Below are positions 26,185 to 34,670 of a DNA stretch of 64,000 nucleotides, one piece after another (position 1 is the first letter of the stretch; every line of letters begins with the position of its first letter). Origin of the DNA: an uncultured Acidobacteriota bacterium (GTDB lineage: Bacteria; Acidobacteriota; Vicinamibacteria; Fen-336). The notes beneath the pieces were generated by a model, which did no database searches, was not told the DNA's origin, and saw only the letters and a list, made by a program, of their open reading frames with translations. The stretch spans positions 2,306 to 66,305 of the forward strand of contig CADEEV010000005.1 in NCBI GenBank assembly GCA_902826455.1, in the 5' to 3' direction. Both the position numbers and the translations under genes were made by a program.

Positions 26185-27690
26185 CTACAGCTTGCCCTCG
26201 GCCCGCAGCTTCGCCAGTACGCTGTGCTTCCGGCCGTACCCGAAGTAGATGAGAAAACCGAGGCCGAGCCATACGAACAGCCGGTACCAGTTCTCGGCCG
26301 GGAGCGAGAACATCAGCAGCAGGCAGAGCGCGATGCCCGCGAAGGCGGTGAACGGCATCAGGGGCGCCTTGAAGGGACGCTCCGCCTTCGGGTTGGTCTT
26401 GCGCATGATCAGGACGGCCGCGCAGACGACCAGGAACGCGAACAGCGTTCCGATGCTCACGAGGTCGGCGAGCACGCGCAAGGGAACGAGGGCCGCCACG
26501 ATCGCGACGAAGATGCCCGTGAGGATGGTGGACTTCCAGGGCGTACGGAACTTGTCGTGGATCGCTCCGAAGAAGCTCTGGGGCAGCAGGCCGTCGCGCG
26601 CCATCGCGAGGAACACGCGGGGCTGGCTGAGCATCATCACGAGCAGGACCGAGGTGATCCCTGCCAGCGCACCCGCCGACACGAAGAACTGCACCACGTG
26701 CAGGCCGACGTGCTCGAACGCCTTCGACACGGGAGCATCGATGTTGATCTGGTCGTACGGGACCATCCCGGTCAGGACGGCCGTGACCGCGATGTAGAGG
26801 ATCGTGCAGAGCACCAGGGACCAGATGATACCGATGGGCACGTCGCGCTGCGGGTTCTTGGCTTCTTCCGAGTGCGTGGAGATCGAGTCGAACCCGATGT
26901 AGGCGAAGAAGATCGCGGCACCGCCGGCCAGCATGCCCAGGGGCTGGCCGCCGGCGTCGGTCTGGCCGAAGGTGAAGCCGAAGATCTTCACACCGAGCCA
27001 GCCGTGCGGCGCGAACGGGGTCCAGTTTGCCGGATCGACGTAGAAGACGCCGATGCCGATCACCATGAACACGACGGCGAGCTTGATGACCACCATGGCG
27101 GTGTTGAAGCTCGCGCTCTCCTGGATTCCCTTGACGAGCACGATGGTGACGAGAGCCGTGATGATGATGGCCGGAAGGTCGAACAACGTGCCGGTGGCCA
27201 GGAAGTGGCCGACCTTGGGGTCGTAGTCGAAGGGAGCCGCCCGCAACGACTCGGGGATGATGTGGAGCCATCCGAATATGCCCAGCAGGTCCTGGAAGTA
27301 GTGCGACCAGCCATGCGCCACGGTGGAAGACGCGACGGCGTATTCGAGGATGAGGTCCCAGCCGATGATCCATGCGAAGAGCTCGCCGAGGGTGGCGTAG
27401 GCATACGTGTAGGCCGACCCCGCGACGGGCGCCATGGAGGCGAACTCCGAGTAGCACAGCGCCGCGAAGATGCAGGCGAGCCCCGCCACCACGAAGGAGA
27501 TCATCAGGGACGGCCCCGCGACGTCGTGGGCCGCCTTGCCGGTGAGCACGAAGATGCCGGTACCGATGATCGCGCCGACGCCGAGGCTCGTGAGCTGGAG
27601 CGGGCCCAGGACGCGACGCAGGCGGTTCTCCCCCTTGGCCTCGTCGAGGAGCATGCTGAGCGGCTTGGTCGCAAAGAGCGGACTACCCAA
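26185..27690 (-). CDS. Amino acid permease (APC family, cationic amino acid transporter-like)
   Basis: Typical AA_permease blocks (GVGAIIGTGIFVLTG, FAYIGFDSISTHSEEAKNPQRDVP). Confidence 0.85.
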   Translation of the reverse strand: MGSPLFATKPLSMLLDEAKGENRLRRVLGPLQLTSLGVGAIIGTGIFVLTGKAAHDVAGPSLMISFVVAGLACIFAALCYSEFASMAPVAGSAYTYAYATLGELFAWIIGWDLILEYAVASSTVAHGWSHYFQDLLGIFGWLHIIPESLRAAPFDYDPKVGHFLATGTLFDLPAIIITALVTIVLVKGIQESASFNTAMVVIKLAVVFMVIGIGVFYVDPANWTPFAPHGWLGVKIFGFTFGQTDAGGQPLGMLAGGAAIFFAYIGFDSISTHSEEAKNPQRDVPIGIIWSLVLCTILYIAVTAVLTGMVPYDQINIDAPVSKAFEHVGLHVVQFFVSAGALAGITSVLLVMMLSQPRVFLAMARDGLLPQSFFGAIHDKFRTPWKSTILTGIFVAIVAALVPLRVLADLVSIGTLFAFLVVCAAVLIMRKTNPKAERPFKAPLMPFTAFAGIALCLLLMFSLPAENWYRLFVWLGLGFLIYFGYGRKHSVLAKLRAEGKL

Positions 27691-27778
27691 TGGGCACTCT
27701 CCTTAAGTTCGTTCGGCTCGGGCGGCCTAACATCCATCGAAGCGGTCGCGCCGTCAAGCGGATCGGGGCGAAACCTGC

Positions 27779-27809
27779 AGAAAAGAAAAGGCCCCGGTTG
27801 CCCGGAGCC
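27779..27809 (-). terminator. Rho-independent terminator downstream of the BON-domain gene
   Basis: On the minus strand: GGCTCCGGgcaaCCGGGGCC followed by TTTTCTTTTCT. Confidence 0.5.
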
Positions 27810-27842
27810 TTCGACGGAAACCGGCATGGACCAGCGTCGTCC

Positions 27843-28622
27843 TCAAATCGCGATGGCGGGACCTTCGAGGGTGGTGGGCTTGGTATCTTCCGGCGTTTCG
27901 CCGTCGACGTGCAGGTGGTTCACCACGTCGAAGGCCAGCGTCCCGCGCGCCACGTTCTCGATCAGGGCCTTGTCGACGTTGTTCTGCACCCAGCCCGTCA
28001 GCGTTACACGGCCGCGATCCACGACGATGCGGATCGGCGGGTTGGCGCGGTTGCTGTACTGCACGAAGGTGAGGTTCCCGTAGACTCGCGCGTAGATCTG
28101 CCGGCGCAGCTGATCGTCGAAGAACGACAGCGACTGGACCGTGATGCGGCTCTCGATGTCGCGGACGCCCTTCACCCGAGCGACGGCCGCTTCGATGTCG
28201 CTCTTGCGGTTCGGGCGGTAGACGGAACCCGCCAGTGTGACGACGCCGTTCTCGACGCCCATCTCGACGCTGTCGAAGACTCCGTAATACGGCGTACGCA
28301 GGATCGCGCTACGCACGTCCTTCTCCAGCTCGGCATCCGTGCGCTCCTCGGGCACGACGCGAAGGCGGTTCTCGATGACCTTCGCCTCCTTGCGCGCGGC
28401 CTTCTCGGCCTCCTGGCGGGCCGCCAGGGTCGTCACTGCGCCGTCCAGGACGACGGCGTCGTCGTCGATGCCCACCGTTATCGCGCCTTCGCTCAGGAGC
28501 TTCGACTTGGCCAGCCGACTCTCGACCCGCTCCTTGAGCCCCGGCTCCTCGGCGAGCGCGGGGATCGCGGCGAAGAGCGCCAGTGCGGCCATCCCGATCA
28601 TCCGTCCAGAGTAGTGCTTCAT
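27843..28622 (-). CDS. BON-domain protein (OsmY-like periplasmic protein)
   Basis: Signal peptide MKHYSGRMIGMAALALFAAIPALA and three BON-like repeats (VVLDGAVTT, VVTLAGSV, RVTLTGWV). SD AGAGGGA. Track ORF start 28679 is over-extended. Confidence 0.8.
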   Translation of the reverse strand: MKHYSGRMIGMAALALFAAIPALAEEPGLKERVESRLAKSKLLSEGAITVGIDDDAVVLDGAVTTLAARQEAEKAARKEAKVIENRLRVVPEERTDAELEKDVRSAILRTPYYGVFDSVEMGVENGVVTLAGSVYRPNRKSDIEAAVARVKGVRDIESRITVQSLSFFDDQLRRQIYARVYGNLTFVQYSNRANPPIRIVVDRGRVTLTGWVQNNVDKALIENVARGTLAFDVVNHLHVDGETPEDTKPTTLEGPAIAI

Positions 28623-28674
28623 GAGTCCCTCTTCGCGAGGCCGGCCCCCGTTGGCAGCCTTCGCCTTCCCCTTC

Positions 28675-28690
28675 AGCAAGCGGCTTGCCA
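28675..28690 (-). promoter_or_regulatory. Sigma54-type -24/-12 promoter (cTGGCAagccgcTTGCt) upstream of the BON-domain gene
   Basis: GG and GC elements with exact consensus spacing, about 50 nt upstream of the ATG at 28622. The core is also a 13-bp palindrome (GCAAGCcGCTTGC). Confidence 0.35.
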
Positions 28691-28713
28691 GCGCTCGTCT
28701 GACGCCAACCCGT

Positions 28714-28731
28714 TGAACAGAATCATGTTCA
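28714..28731. promoter_or_regulatory. Inverted repeat TGAACA-N6-TGTTCA immediately upstream of the sigma54-like element; candidate regulator site
   Basis: Perfect 6-bp arms in an AT-rich patch. Confidence 0.3.
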
Positions 28732-28773
28732 CATCTGTTGACCGCTCGAGGTTGTCACTGCCAGCGGACGCGC

Positions 28774-29211
28774 CTAGAGGTCGGCGAGTATCTCCTCGGG
28801 GTGGGCGGCCGCGTTGACCTTGGGATAGGCCTTCTTCACGCGGCCCTCCGGATCGATCAGGTAGCTGATCCGCTTCGCATACTGGGCGCTCGAGTCGTCC
28901 GCGGCTCCATAGGCGAGACCCACCTCACGCGTGGCGTCGGACAGGAGTGGAAAGTTGAAGCCGAACTTCTGCGCGAACACGGCCTGGTCGGGCGGCGTGT
29001 CGAAGCTGATGCCGAGAACCTGCACATTCTTGTCGTCGTAGAGCTTGATGCGATCGCGAAAGCCGCATCCCTCGGCCGTGCATCCGGGCGTGTCGGCCTT
29101 CGGGTAGAACCAGAGAACGACACTCTTCCCGCGATACTGGGAAAGTCGCACCAGCTGACCCGTGTGGTCGCGTACCTCGAAATCCGGCGCCTCGGCTCCC
29201 GCTTCCAGCAT
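28774..29211 (-). CDS. bcp: Peroxiredoxin (Bcp / AhpC-TSA family)
   Basis: MLEAGAEAPDFEVRDHTGQLVRLSQYRGKSVVLWFYPKADTPGCT, with the peroxidatic Cys in TPGCT. Track start 29295 is over-extended. Confidence 0.85.
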   Translation of the reverse strand: MLEAGAEAPDFEVRDHTGQLVRLSQYRGKSVVLWFYPKADTPGCTAEGCGFRDRIKLYDDKNVQVLGISFDTPPDQAVFAQKFGFNFPLLSDATREVGLAYGAADDSSAQYAKRISYLIDPEGRVKKAYPKVNAAAHPEEILADL

Positions 29212-29230
29212 TCCTAGCCTCCGGCGGGGA

Positions 29231-29830
29231 TTATAGGGTGGCGGTGTCGGTTCGGCTCGACCAGCGCAGGGACCACACGCAGGCCACGTCGCCACGACTC
29301 TGGCAGTAGCGTTCCTCGGCCGAGACCGGCGCCCCCGTCAGGTGCTCGATCGATCGGCGAAAGTAGCCCTTGGCCGAGAGGCAGTACACCGGATCGTTCT
29401 CGGGGTACTCGCTGAACGAGATCTCGCCGACGCTGAAGTTGATCCGGCGATACTCGGCCTGACCGAAATTGTGGAACCGACGGTGCTCTTCCGCCATTCG
29501 GACCAGGAAGCCGTGGACGTTCACGAGCGCCGCGTGCTCGCCCAGCCAGAGCGTCCGCTGTTGGGCCGACGCCTCGCCGAGGCGCTCGTAGATGGCGGAT
29601 GCGTCCCCGCCGATGTGTCCGGCGATCGCTCGATCGAGCCGGTTGAGCGTAGAGAAAGGGTACCAGGTCTCGCGATCGACGCCCTTCAGCAGCTCGCGGT
29701 CCGCGGGCGTCAGGGCCTCGAGAACGGCTGAGATCGAGTCCGTGCCCTGGTGGCGCCGCAGGTACTCGAAACGGGCCACGACGATCTGCCCGTGGAGAAA
29801 CGGACCCGCGGATTCCGGAGGCTGCGCCAT
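29231..29830 (-). CDS. Hypothetical protein (about 200 aa)
   Basis: Protein-like composition; start chosen at MAQPPESAGPFLHGQIV. Possibly one of the Myxococcus-type paralogous families. No recognised catalytic motif. Confidence 0.45.
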   Translation of the reverse strand: MAQPPESAGPFLHGQIVVARFEYLRRHQGTDSISAVLEALTPADRELLKGVDRETWYPFSTLNRLDRAIAGHIGGDASAIYERLGEASAQQRTLWLGEHAALVNVHGFLVRMAEEHRRFHNFGQAEYRRINFSVGEISFSEYPENDPVYCLSAKGYFRRSIEHLTGAPVSAEERYCQSRGDVACVWSLRWSSRTDTATL

Positions 29831-29987
29831 GGGGCCTTCGAATAGCAGGAAGCATGCCCGCTGTCTATCAATCACTTACAACAATCCGCCCGCAAACGCT
29901 GGCCGAACACCGGACACCTGGCTGAACCTCGGACACACCGGCGCGCAGCCTTGAGCACCACCCACAGATCCTTTACACTTAAACGAT

Positions 29988-30755
29988 ATGGCCGAGAGGC
30001 GGGTGCTGGTCACGGGCGGCGGACGCGGCATCGGCGCTGCCGTCGCCCGTGAGCTCGGGCGCGCGGGGGCGCACCTTGCGCTCGCGGCGCGGAGCCGGGA
30101 TCAGGTCGAGGCGCTGGCCCGCGAGCTCGGCTCCGGGTCGCGGCGTGCGGTGGCCCTGGTCGCGGACGTCTCGGACTCCAGCTCCTGCGACGCCATGGTT
30201 CGCGAGGCGTGCGACGCTCTCGGTGGAATCGACATCCTCGTCAATGCGGCGGGGGTGGCACCCTCGGCTCCCCTCGTGAAGACGACCGACGAGCAGTGGC
30301 GCTCCGCCCTCGACACGAACCTGAGCGGCGCCTTCTACACCACCCGCGCAACTCTCCCCGGGATGCTCGAACGGGGCTGGGGGCGGATCGTGAACGTCGC
30401 TTCGATCGCGGGCAAGACCGGGATGCCCTATATCGCCGCATACTCTGCGAGCAAGCATGGATTGCTGGGGCTCACAAGGTGCGCGGCGCTCGAGGTGGCC
30501 GACAAGGGCATCACGGTGAACGCCGTCTGCCCGGGCTACGTCGACACGGCCATGACCGAGAGCTCGATCGCCCGCATCGTCGCGAAGACGGGGCTCGAGA
30601 GCCGCGCGATCCGCCGTCGCCTCGAGGAGACGAGCCCCCAGAAGCGTCTCTACACCGCCGAAGAGGTCGCGGCCCTGGTCGCGTTCCTGTGCAGCGACGC
30701 GGCCGCCGGCATCAACGGCCAGGCCCTGAGCGTGGACGGCGGAACGGTGGTCTAG
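29988..30755 (+). CDS. Short-chain dehydrogenase/reductase (FabG-like)
   Basis: TGGGRGIGAAVA Rossmann motif and catalytic YSASK. Confidence 0.9.
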   Translation: MAERRVLVTGGGRGIGAAVARELGRAGAHLALAARSRDQVEALARELGSGSRRAVALVADVSDSSSCDAMVREACDALGGIDILVNAAGVAPSAPLVKTTDEQWRSALDTNLSGAFYTTRATLPGMLERGWGRIVNVASIAGKTGMPYIAAYSASKHGLLGLTRCAALEVADKGITVNAVCPGYVDTAMTESSIARIVAKTGLESRAIRRRLEETSPQKRLYTAEEVAALVAFLCSDAAAGINGQALSVDGGTVV

Positions 30756-30757
30756 GG

Positions 30758-31144
30758 ATGCAGCCAGTCGAGGTTCCAGGACTCGCGGCGCCGCGCGGTT
30801 ACAGCCACGCGATGCGTGGCCGCGGGGACATCCTTCTCGTGGCCGGCCAGATCGGTTGGAACGCCGAGGGCAGGATCGTCTCCGACGACTTCGTGGAGCA
30901 GTTCGCACAAGCCCTGGACAACGTGTTGGCGGCCGTCCGAGCCGCCCAGGGAACGCCCGAGAGCATCGGGCGCTTCACGCTCTACGTCGTGGACAAGCGG
31001 CAGTACCTCGCCCGCGCTCGCGAGATCGGCGTTGTCTATCGCGAGCGCATGGGCCGCCACTTCCCGGCCATGTCGCTGGTCGAGGTGAAGGCCCTCCTGG
31101 AGGACCGCGCGCTCGTCGAGATCGAGGCCACGGCGGTCCTGTGA
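30758..31144 (+). CDS. RidA/YjgF/endoribonuclease L-PSP family protein
   Basis: 128 aa, RidA-family length and C-terminal motif (RFTLYVVDKRQY...MSLVEVKALLEDRALVEIEATAV). Confidence 0.8.
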   Translation: MQPVEVPGLAAPRGYSHAMRGRGDILLVAGQIGWNAEGRIVSDDFVEQFAQALDNVLAAVRAAQGTPESIGRFTLYVVDKRQYLARAREIGVVYRERMGRHFPAMSLVEVKALLEDRALVEIEATAVL

Positions 31145-31578
31145 GCGACCCGCAGCTGGCCCTGTCGGTGTGGCTGCGCCTTCTGAAGGCCCATGGTCTA
31201 CTCTTGCGCGAGGTCCGCCGGCGCGTTCCCGGGACCCTCACGCTACCCCAGTTCGACGTCCTCGCCCAGCTTCATCGCAACCCGGACGGGATGACTCCCG
31301 GCATGCTGACCCGCGCTCTTCTCGTGACCGCCGGGAACGTCACCGGCATCGTCGAACGACTCTCAGGGCTCGGGCTCGTGGAGCGCCACCCTGTTCCGGG
31401 CGACCGGCGCGCTGTCCGCATCCGACTGAGCGCGCGCGGTCGTCGCCTGATGGACCGCGCGATCCCACGCCATCGCCGCGACGTCGGGACGCTGTTCGCT
31501 CCCCTTCCGGAACACGAGCTGACGCGGCTACGCGATCTGCTCGGAACCCTGAACCAGCGGCTGGAGGAGCGCGCGTGA
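31141..31578 (+). CDS. MarR-family transcriptional regulator
   Basis: Winged-helix MarR core (LPQFDVLAQLHRNPDGMTPGMLTRALLVTAGNVTGIVERLSGLGLVERHPVPGDRRAVRIRLSARG). GTG start overlapping the RidA stop (GTGA). Confidence 0.8.
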   Translation: MSDPQLALSVWLRLLKAHGLLLREVRRRVPGTLTLPQFDVLAQLHRNPDGMTPGMLTRALLVTAGNVTGIVERLSGLGLVERHPVPGDRRAVRIRLSARGRRLMDRAIPRHRRDVGTLFAPLPEHELTRLRDLLGTLNQRLEERA

Positions 31579-32375
31579 GCCCGCGCAGCTTTCGCTACGA
31601 AGAGTCGGCGGGCGTGGCGCGCATCACCCTCGATCGCCCCGAAGCCCTGAACGCCCTCACATTCCAGGTCTATGAGGAGCTCACGGCGTTGCTCGAGAGC
31701 TTGCACCAGCGACCCGAGGTTCGCGTGGTCGTGCTGACCGGGACGGGACGCGCCTTCTGCACCGGCGGCGACGTCAAGGAGATCATCGGCCCGCTCCTGA
31801 CCTTCGACCGCGGCAAGCTCCTCGCCTTCACGCGGATGACCTGTGCCCTCGTCGCCGCCATGCGCCGAGCGCCGCAGCCGATCGTCGCGTCGCTCAACGG
31901 CACGGTCGCAGGGGCAGGTGCCGCGATCGCCCTCGCGTCGGACGTGCGTGTCGCCGCCGAGTCCGCGAAGATCGCGTTCCTGTTCGTCAAGGTCGGCCTG
32001 GCGGGCGCCGACATGGGAGCCGCGCACCTGCTCCCGCGCCTGGTGGGCCTGGGCCGTGCCACGGAGCTCCTCATGACCGGCGACTTCATCGACGCCCAGG
32101 AGGCGTATCGCATCGGGCTCTACAACCAGGTCGTCTCCCCGGAGCAGCTCGCGGCTGCCACGGAACGTTTCGTCGAGTCCCTGGCACGCGGGCCGCGTGA
32201 GGGACTGGCCGCGACCAAGGCGGCCCTCGACTCGGAGTTCGCCGTCGATCTCAGCACGGCTCTCGACAACGAGGCCCGGATCCAGGCCGAGCTGATGACG
32301 CGGCCCGATTTCAAGGAAGGCTACGCGGCGTTCCTGCAGAAGCGGGCGCCGGCCTTCGAGGGGGCGCCCGAGTGA
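31575..32375 (+). CDS. Enoyl-CoA hydratase/isomerase (crotonase family)
   Basis: Crotonase fold motifs (RVVVLTGTGRAFCTGGDVKE; ASLNGTVAGAGAAIALASDVRVAAESAKIAFLFVKVG). GTGA overlap. Confidence 0.85.
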   Translation: MSPRSFRYEESAGVARITLDRPEALNALTFQVYEELTALLESLHQRPEVRVVVLTGTGRAFCTGGDVKEIIGPLLTFDRGKLLAFTRMTCALVAAMRRAPQPIVASLNGTVAGAGAAIALASDVRVAAESAKIAFLFVKVGLAGADMGAAHLLPRLVGLGRATELLMTGDFIDAQEAYRIGLYNQVVSPEQLAAATERFVESLARGPREGLAATKAALDSEFAVDLSTALDNEARIQAELMTRPDFKEGYAAFLQKRAPAFEGAPE

Positions 32376-33502
32376 GCGACGACCCGTTCCTGGAGACGCG
32401 GCACGTCGAGCTGGCCGAGCGCGTGCGCTTGTTCGGCGACAAGTGGCTTCGGAGCTCCGCGCAGGACGAATCCGATCCCAACGGGCGGACGCGCCGGCTC
32501 GTGGCATCCCTCGCGGAAGCATCGCTCCTGCGCTTCGCGGTCCCGCCGCCCCACGGCGCCATGGACCTGCGCTCGCTGATCGTGGTCCGGGAAGGGCTGG
32601 CGTACTTCTCCTCCCTGGCCGACGCGGCGTTCGTCATTCAGGGCCTCGGCTCGTACCCGATCGCCCTCGCCGGAACCGAAGTGCAGCGGAACACCTGGCT
32701 GCCGCCGGTTGCCGGAGGCCACGTGCTGGCGGCATTCGCGGTGACCGAGCCGGAAGCGGGCTCCGACCTGGCCGGCGTGCGCACACGGGCTCGGCGCGAC
32801 GGCGCGCTCTGGCGTCTCGAGGGCCTCAAGACGTTGATCTCCAACGCGGGCATCGCCGGCGTCTACTGCGTGCTCGCCCGAACCGCCGACGGCAGCGACC
32901 ACAAGGGCCTGTCCATGTTCCTGGTCGACGCCGAGGCGCCCGGCCTCAGCGTGCGCCCCCTCGAGCCCATGGCCCCCCACCCCCTGGGTGAGGTGCGGTT
33001 CGCGGGCACGCCGGCCCTGCTCCTGGGAGAGGAAGGCGCCGGCTTCTCTCTCGCGGCTTCGACCCTCGAGCAGTTCCGGCCGAGCGTCGGCGCGGCGGCG
33101 TGTGGCATGGCCGCGCGCGCCTTCGACGAGGCGCTCCGTCACGCCCAGGGGCGCCGCCAGTTCGGCCGGAGCCTGTCCGACTTCCAGGCCACGAAGATGG
33201 CGCTGGCCGAGATGCACGTGGAGCTCGAGTCGGCGCGACTGCTCGTGCGCAAGGCGGCTTGGCTGCGCGACACCGGCCGGCCGTCGATCGCCAAGGAAGG
33301 GGCCGTGGCCAAGCTCGCGGCCACGGAGATGGCCCAGCGCGTCGTGGATCGTGCCGTGCAGATCCACGGCGGCCAGGGTGTCCTGCGAGGCGCGACCGTC
33401 GAGCGCCTGTACCGCGAGGTCCGCTCCCTGCGCATCTACGAAGGCACGAGCGAGATCCAGAAGCTGGTGATCGCCCGCGAGATCCTGAAGGAGAAGAAGT
33501 GA
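32372..33502 (+). CDS. Acyl-CoA dehydrogenase
   Basis: ACAD motifs (AFAVTEPEAGSDLAGVRTRA; IYEGTSEIQKLVIAREILK). GTGA overlap. Confidence 0.9.
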   Translation: MSDDPFLETRHVELAERVRLFGDKWLRSSAQDESDPNGRTRRLVASLAEASLLRFAVPPPHGAMDLRSLIVVREGLAYFSSLADAAFVIQGLGSYPIALAGTEVQRNTWLPPVAGGHVLAAFAVTEPEAGSDLAGVRTRARRDGALWRLEGLKTLISNAGIAGVYCVLARTADGSDHKGLSMFLVDAEAPGLSVRPLEPMAPHPLGEVRFAGTPALLLGEEGAGFSLAASTLEQFRPSVGAAACGMAARAFDEALRHAQGRRQFGRSLSDFQATKMALAEMHVELESARLLVRKAAWLRDTGRPSIAKEGAVAKLAATEMAQRVVDRAVQIHGGQGVLRGATVERLYREVRSLRIYEGTSEIQKLVIAREILKEKK

Positions 33503-34212
33503 GCGCCGAGATCCTCGACAAAGACGCGATGTCGCCCGAGTACGCGCAGATGATCGTCCAGCTGATGGAGAGCCAGGCCTATCGGGAGCTGGCCGCGGCG
33601 CACATGTTCGGCCATGGGCTGCGCTTCGTCCCCGACAAGTGGCTGCGCTTCATGGTGTGGCACATCCGCGAGGAAGCGGAGCACTACGAGGCAGTCGCGA
33701 AGATGTACAAGCAGTTCACCGGCAACGAGGTCGAGCCGGTCGTCCGCAAGCGGCTCGAGGGCAAGCCCATCCCCATGGCCGAGAGCTGGATGGAGCTCGC
33801 GATGGCCCAGTTCCTGTACGACCGCGGCGGCTTCTGGCAGCTCAAGGAATACGAGGACTGCTCCTTCGTTCCCTATCGAGGGGTGATCCAGAAGATCGTC
33901 AAGGAGGAAGCCGGCCACCAGAGCCTCGGCGAGAAGATCGTCGTCGAGCAGTGCCAGTCGGGCGACTTCGACGACGTGAAGCAGCATCTCTTCGAACGCT
34001 GGCTCCGCATCGGCTTGCTGTCCTTCGGACGCCCCGGAACCCCCGGCAACCGCTACGCCATCGAGCACGGCATCAAGAAGCGCGACTCGGCCGAGTGCAT
34101 GAAGGACTTCGTGGCGGACATCCGGCCCGCGGTCAAGGCCGCCGGCCTCGTCTTCCCCACCCCGGCCGCGCTCCAGATGGAGCTGCCCGGGGACATCGAC
34201 TGGAGCGTGTGA
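33499..34212 (+). CDS. Ferritin-like diiron oxygenase of the PaaA/PaaC (phenylacetic acid catabolic) family; short 237-aa form
   Basis: Two E-x-x-H diiron motifs (HIREEAEHYEAV; IVKEEAGHQSLG) resembling the PaaA catalytic subunit, but about 70 aa shorter. GTGA overlap with the ACAD stop. Confidence 0.6.
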   Translation: MSAEILDKDAMSPEYAQMIVQLMESQAYRELAAAHMFGHGLRFVPDKWLRFMVWHIREEAEHYEAVAKMYKQFTGNEVEPVVRKRLEGKPIPMAESWMELAMAQFLYDRGGFWQLKEYEDCSFVPYRGVIQKIVKEEAGHQSLGEKIVVEQCQSGDFDDVKQHLFERWLRIGLLSFGRPGTPGNRYAIEHGIKKRDSAECMKDFVADIRPAVKAAGLVFPTPAALQMELPGDIDWSV

Positions 34213-34213
34213 G

Positions 34214-34663
34214 ATGGGACGCATCCTGGACCTGTGCGCGGAGATCGCTTCCGAGGCCGAGGAGGGCGAGGACGGCCTCGTGCTCGCCCCCGAGTCCTGG
34301 GAGCGCTTCCGCCAGGACTGGAACGACGAGGAGATCGACGACGCCCTGGCCCTGGTGAAGGACAGCCTCATGCAGGGAGAGCTGGTCGAGGCCTCGGACA
34401 GCCTGTCGGCACGCCTGCTCGACGTCCTCGGCGAGTTCGGCAGCCCCGAGAGCTTCAAGGCGGCGGTGGACGGCGAAGCACGCTGGAGCGTCGAGATCCT
34501 GGGGCAGCTCGCGCGCCGCATCAACCGTCTCGAGGAAGTGCTCGAGGTCTATCGCGACGGCACGCCGCCCGACCGTAGCGGCTTCGACGGCTTGAGGCGA
34601 CAGCTCTCGACGTACGGCATCGAAGACGAGATGGGCGACGACGGCGACCCGCAGGAGAACTGA
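34214..34663 (+). CDS. Hypothetical acidic protein (149 aa)
   Basis: The ATG sits 1 nt after the upstream stop. Asp/Glu-rich; no recognised motif. Confidence 0.45.
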   Translation: MGRILDLCAEIASEAEEGEDGLVLAPESWERFRQDWNDEEIDDALALVKDSLMQGELVEASDSLSARLLDVLGEFGSPESFKAAVDGEARWSVEILGQLARRINRLEEVLEVYRDGTPPDRSGFDGLRRQLSTYGIEDEMGDDGDPQEN

Positions 34664-34670
34664 TCCTCCG

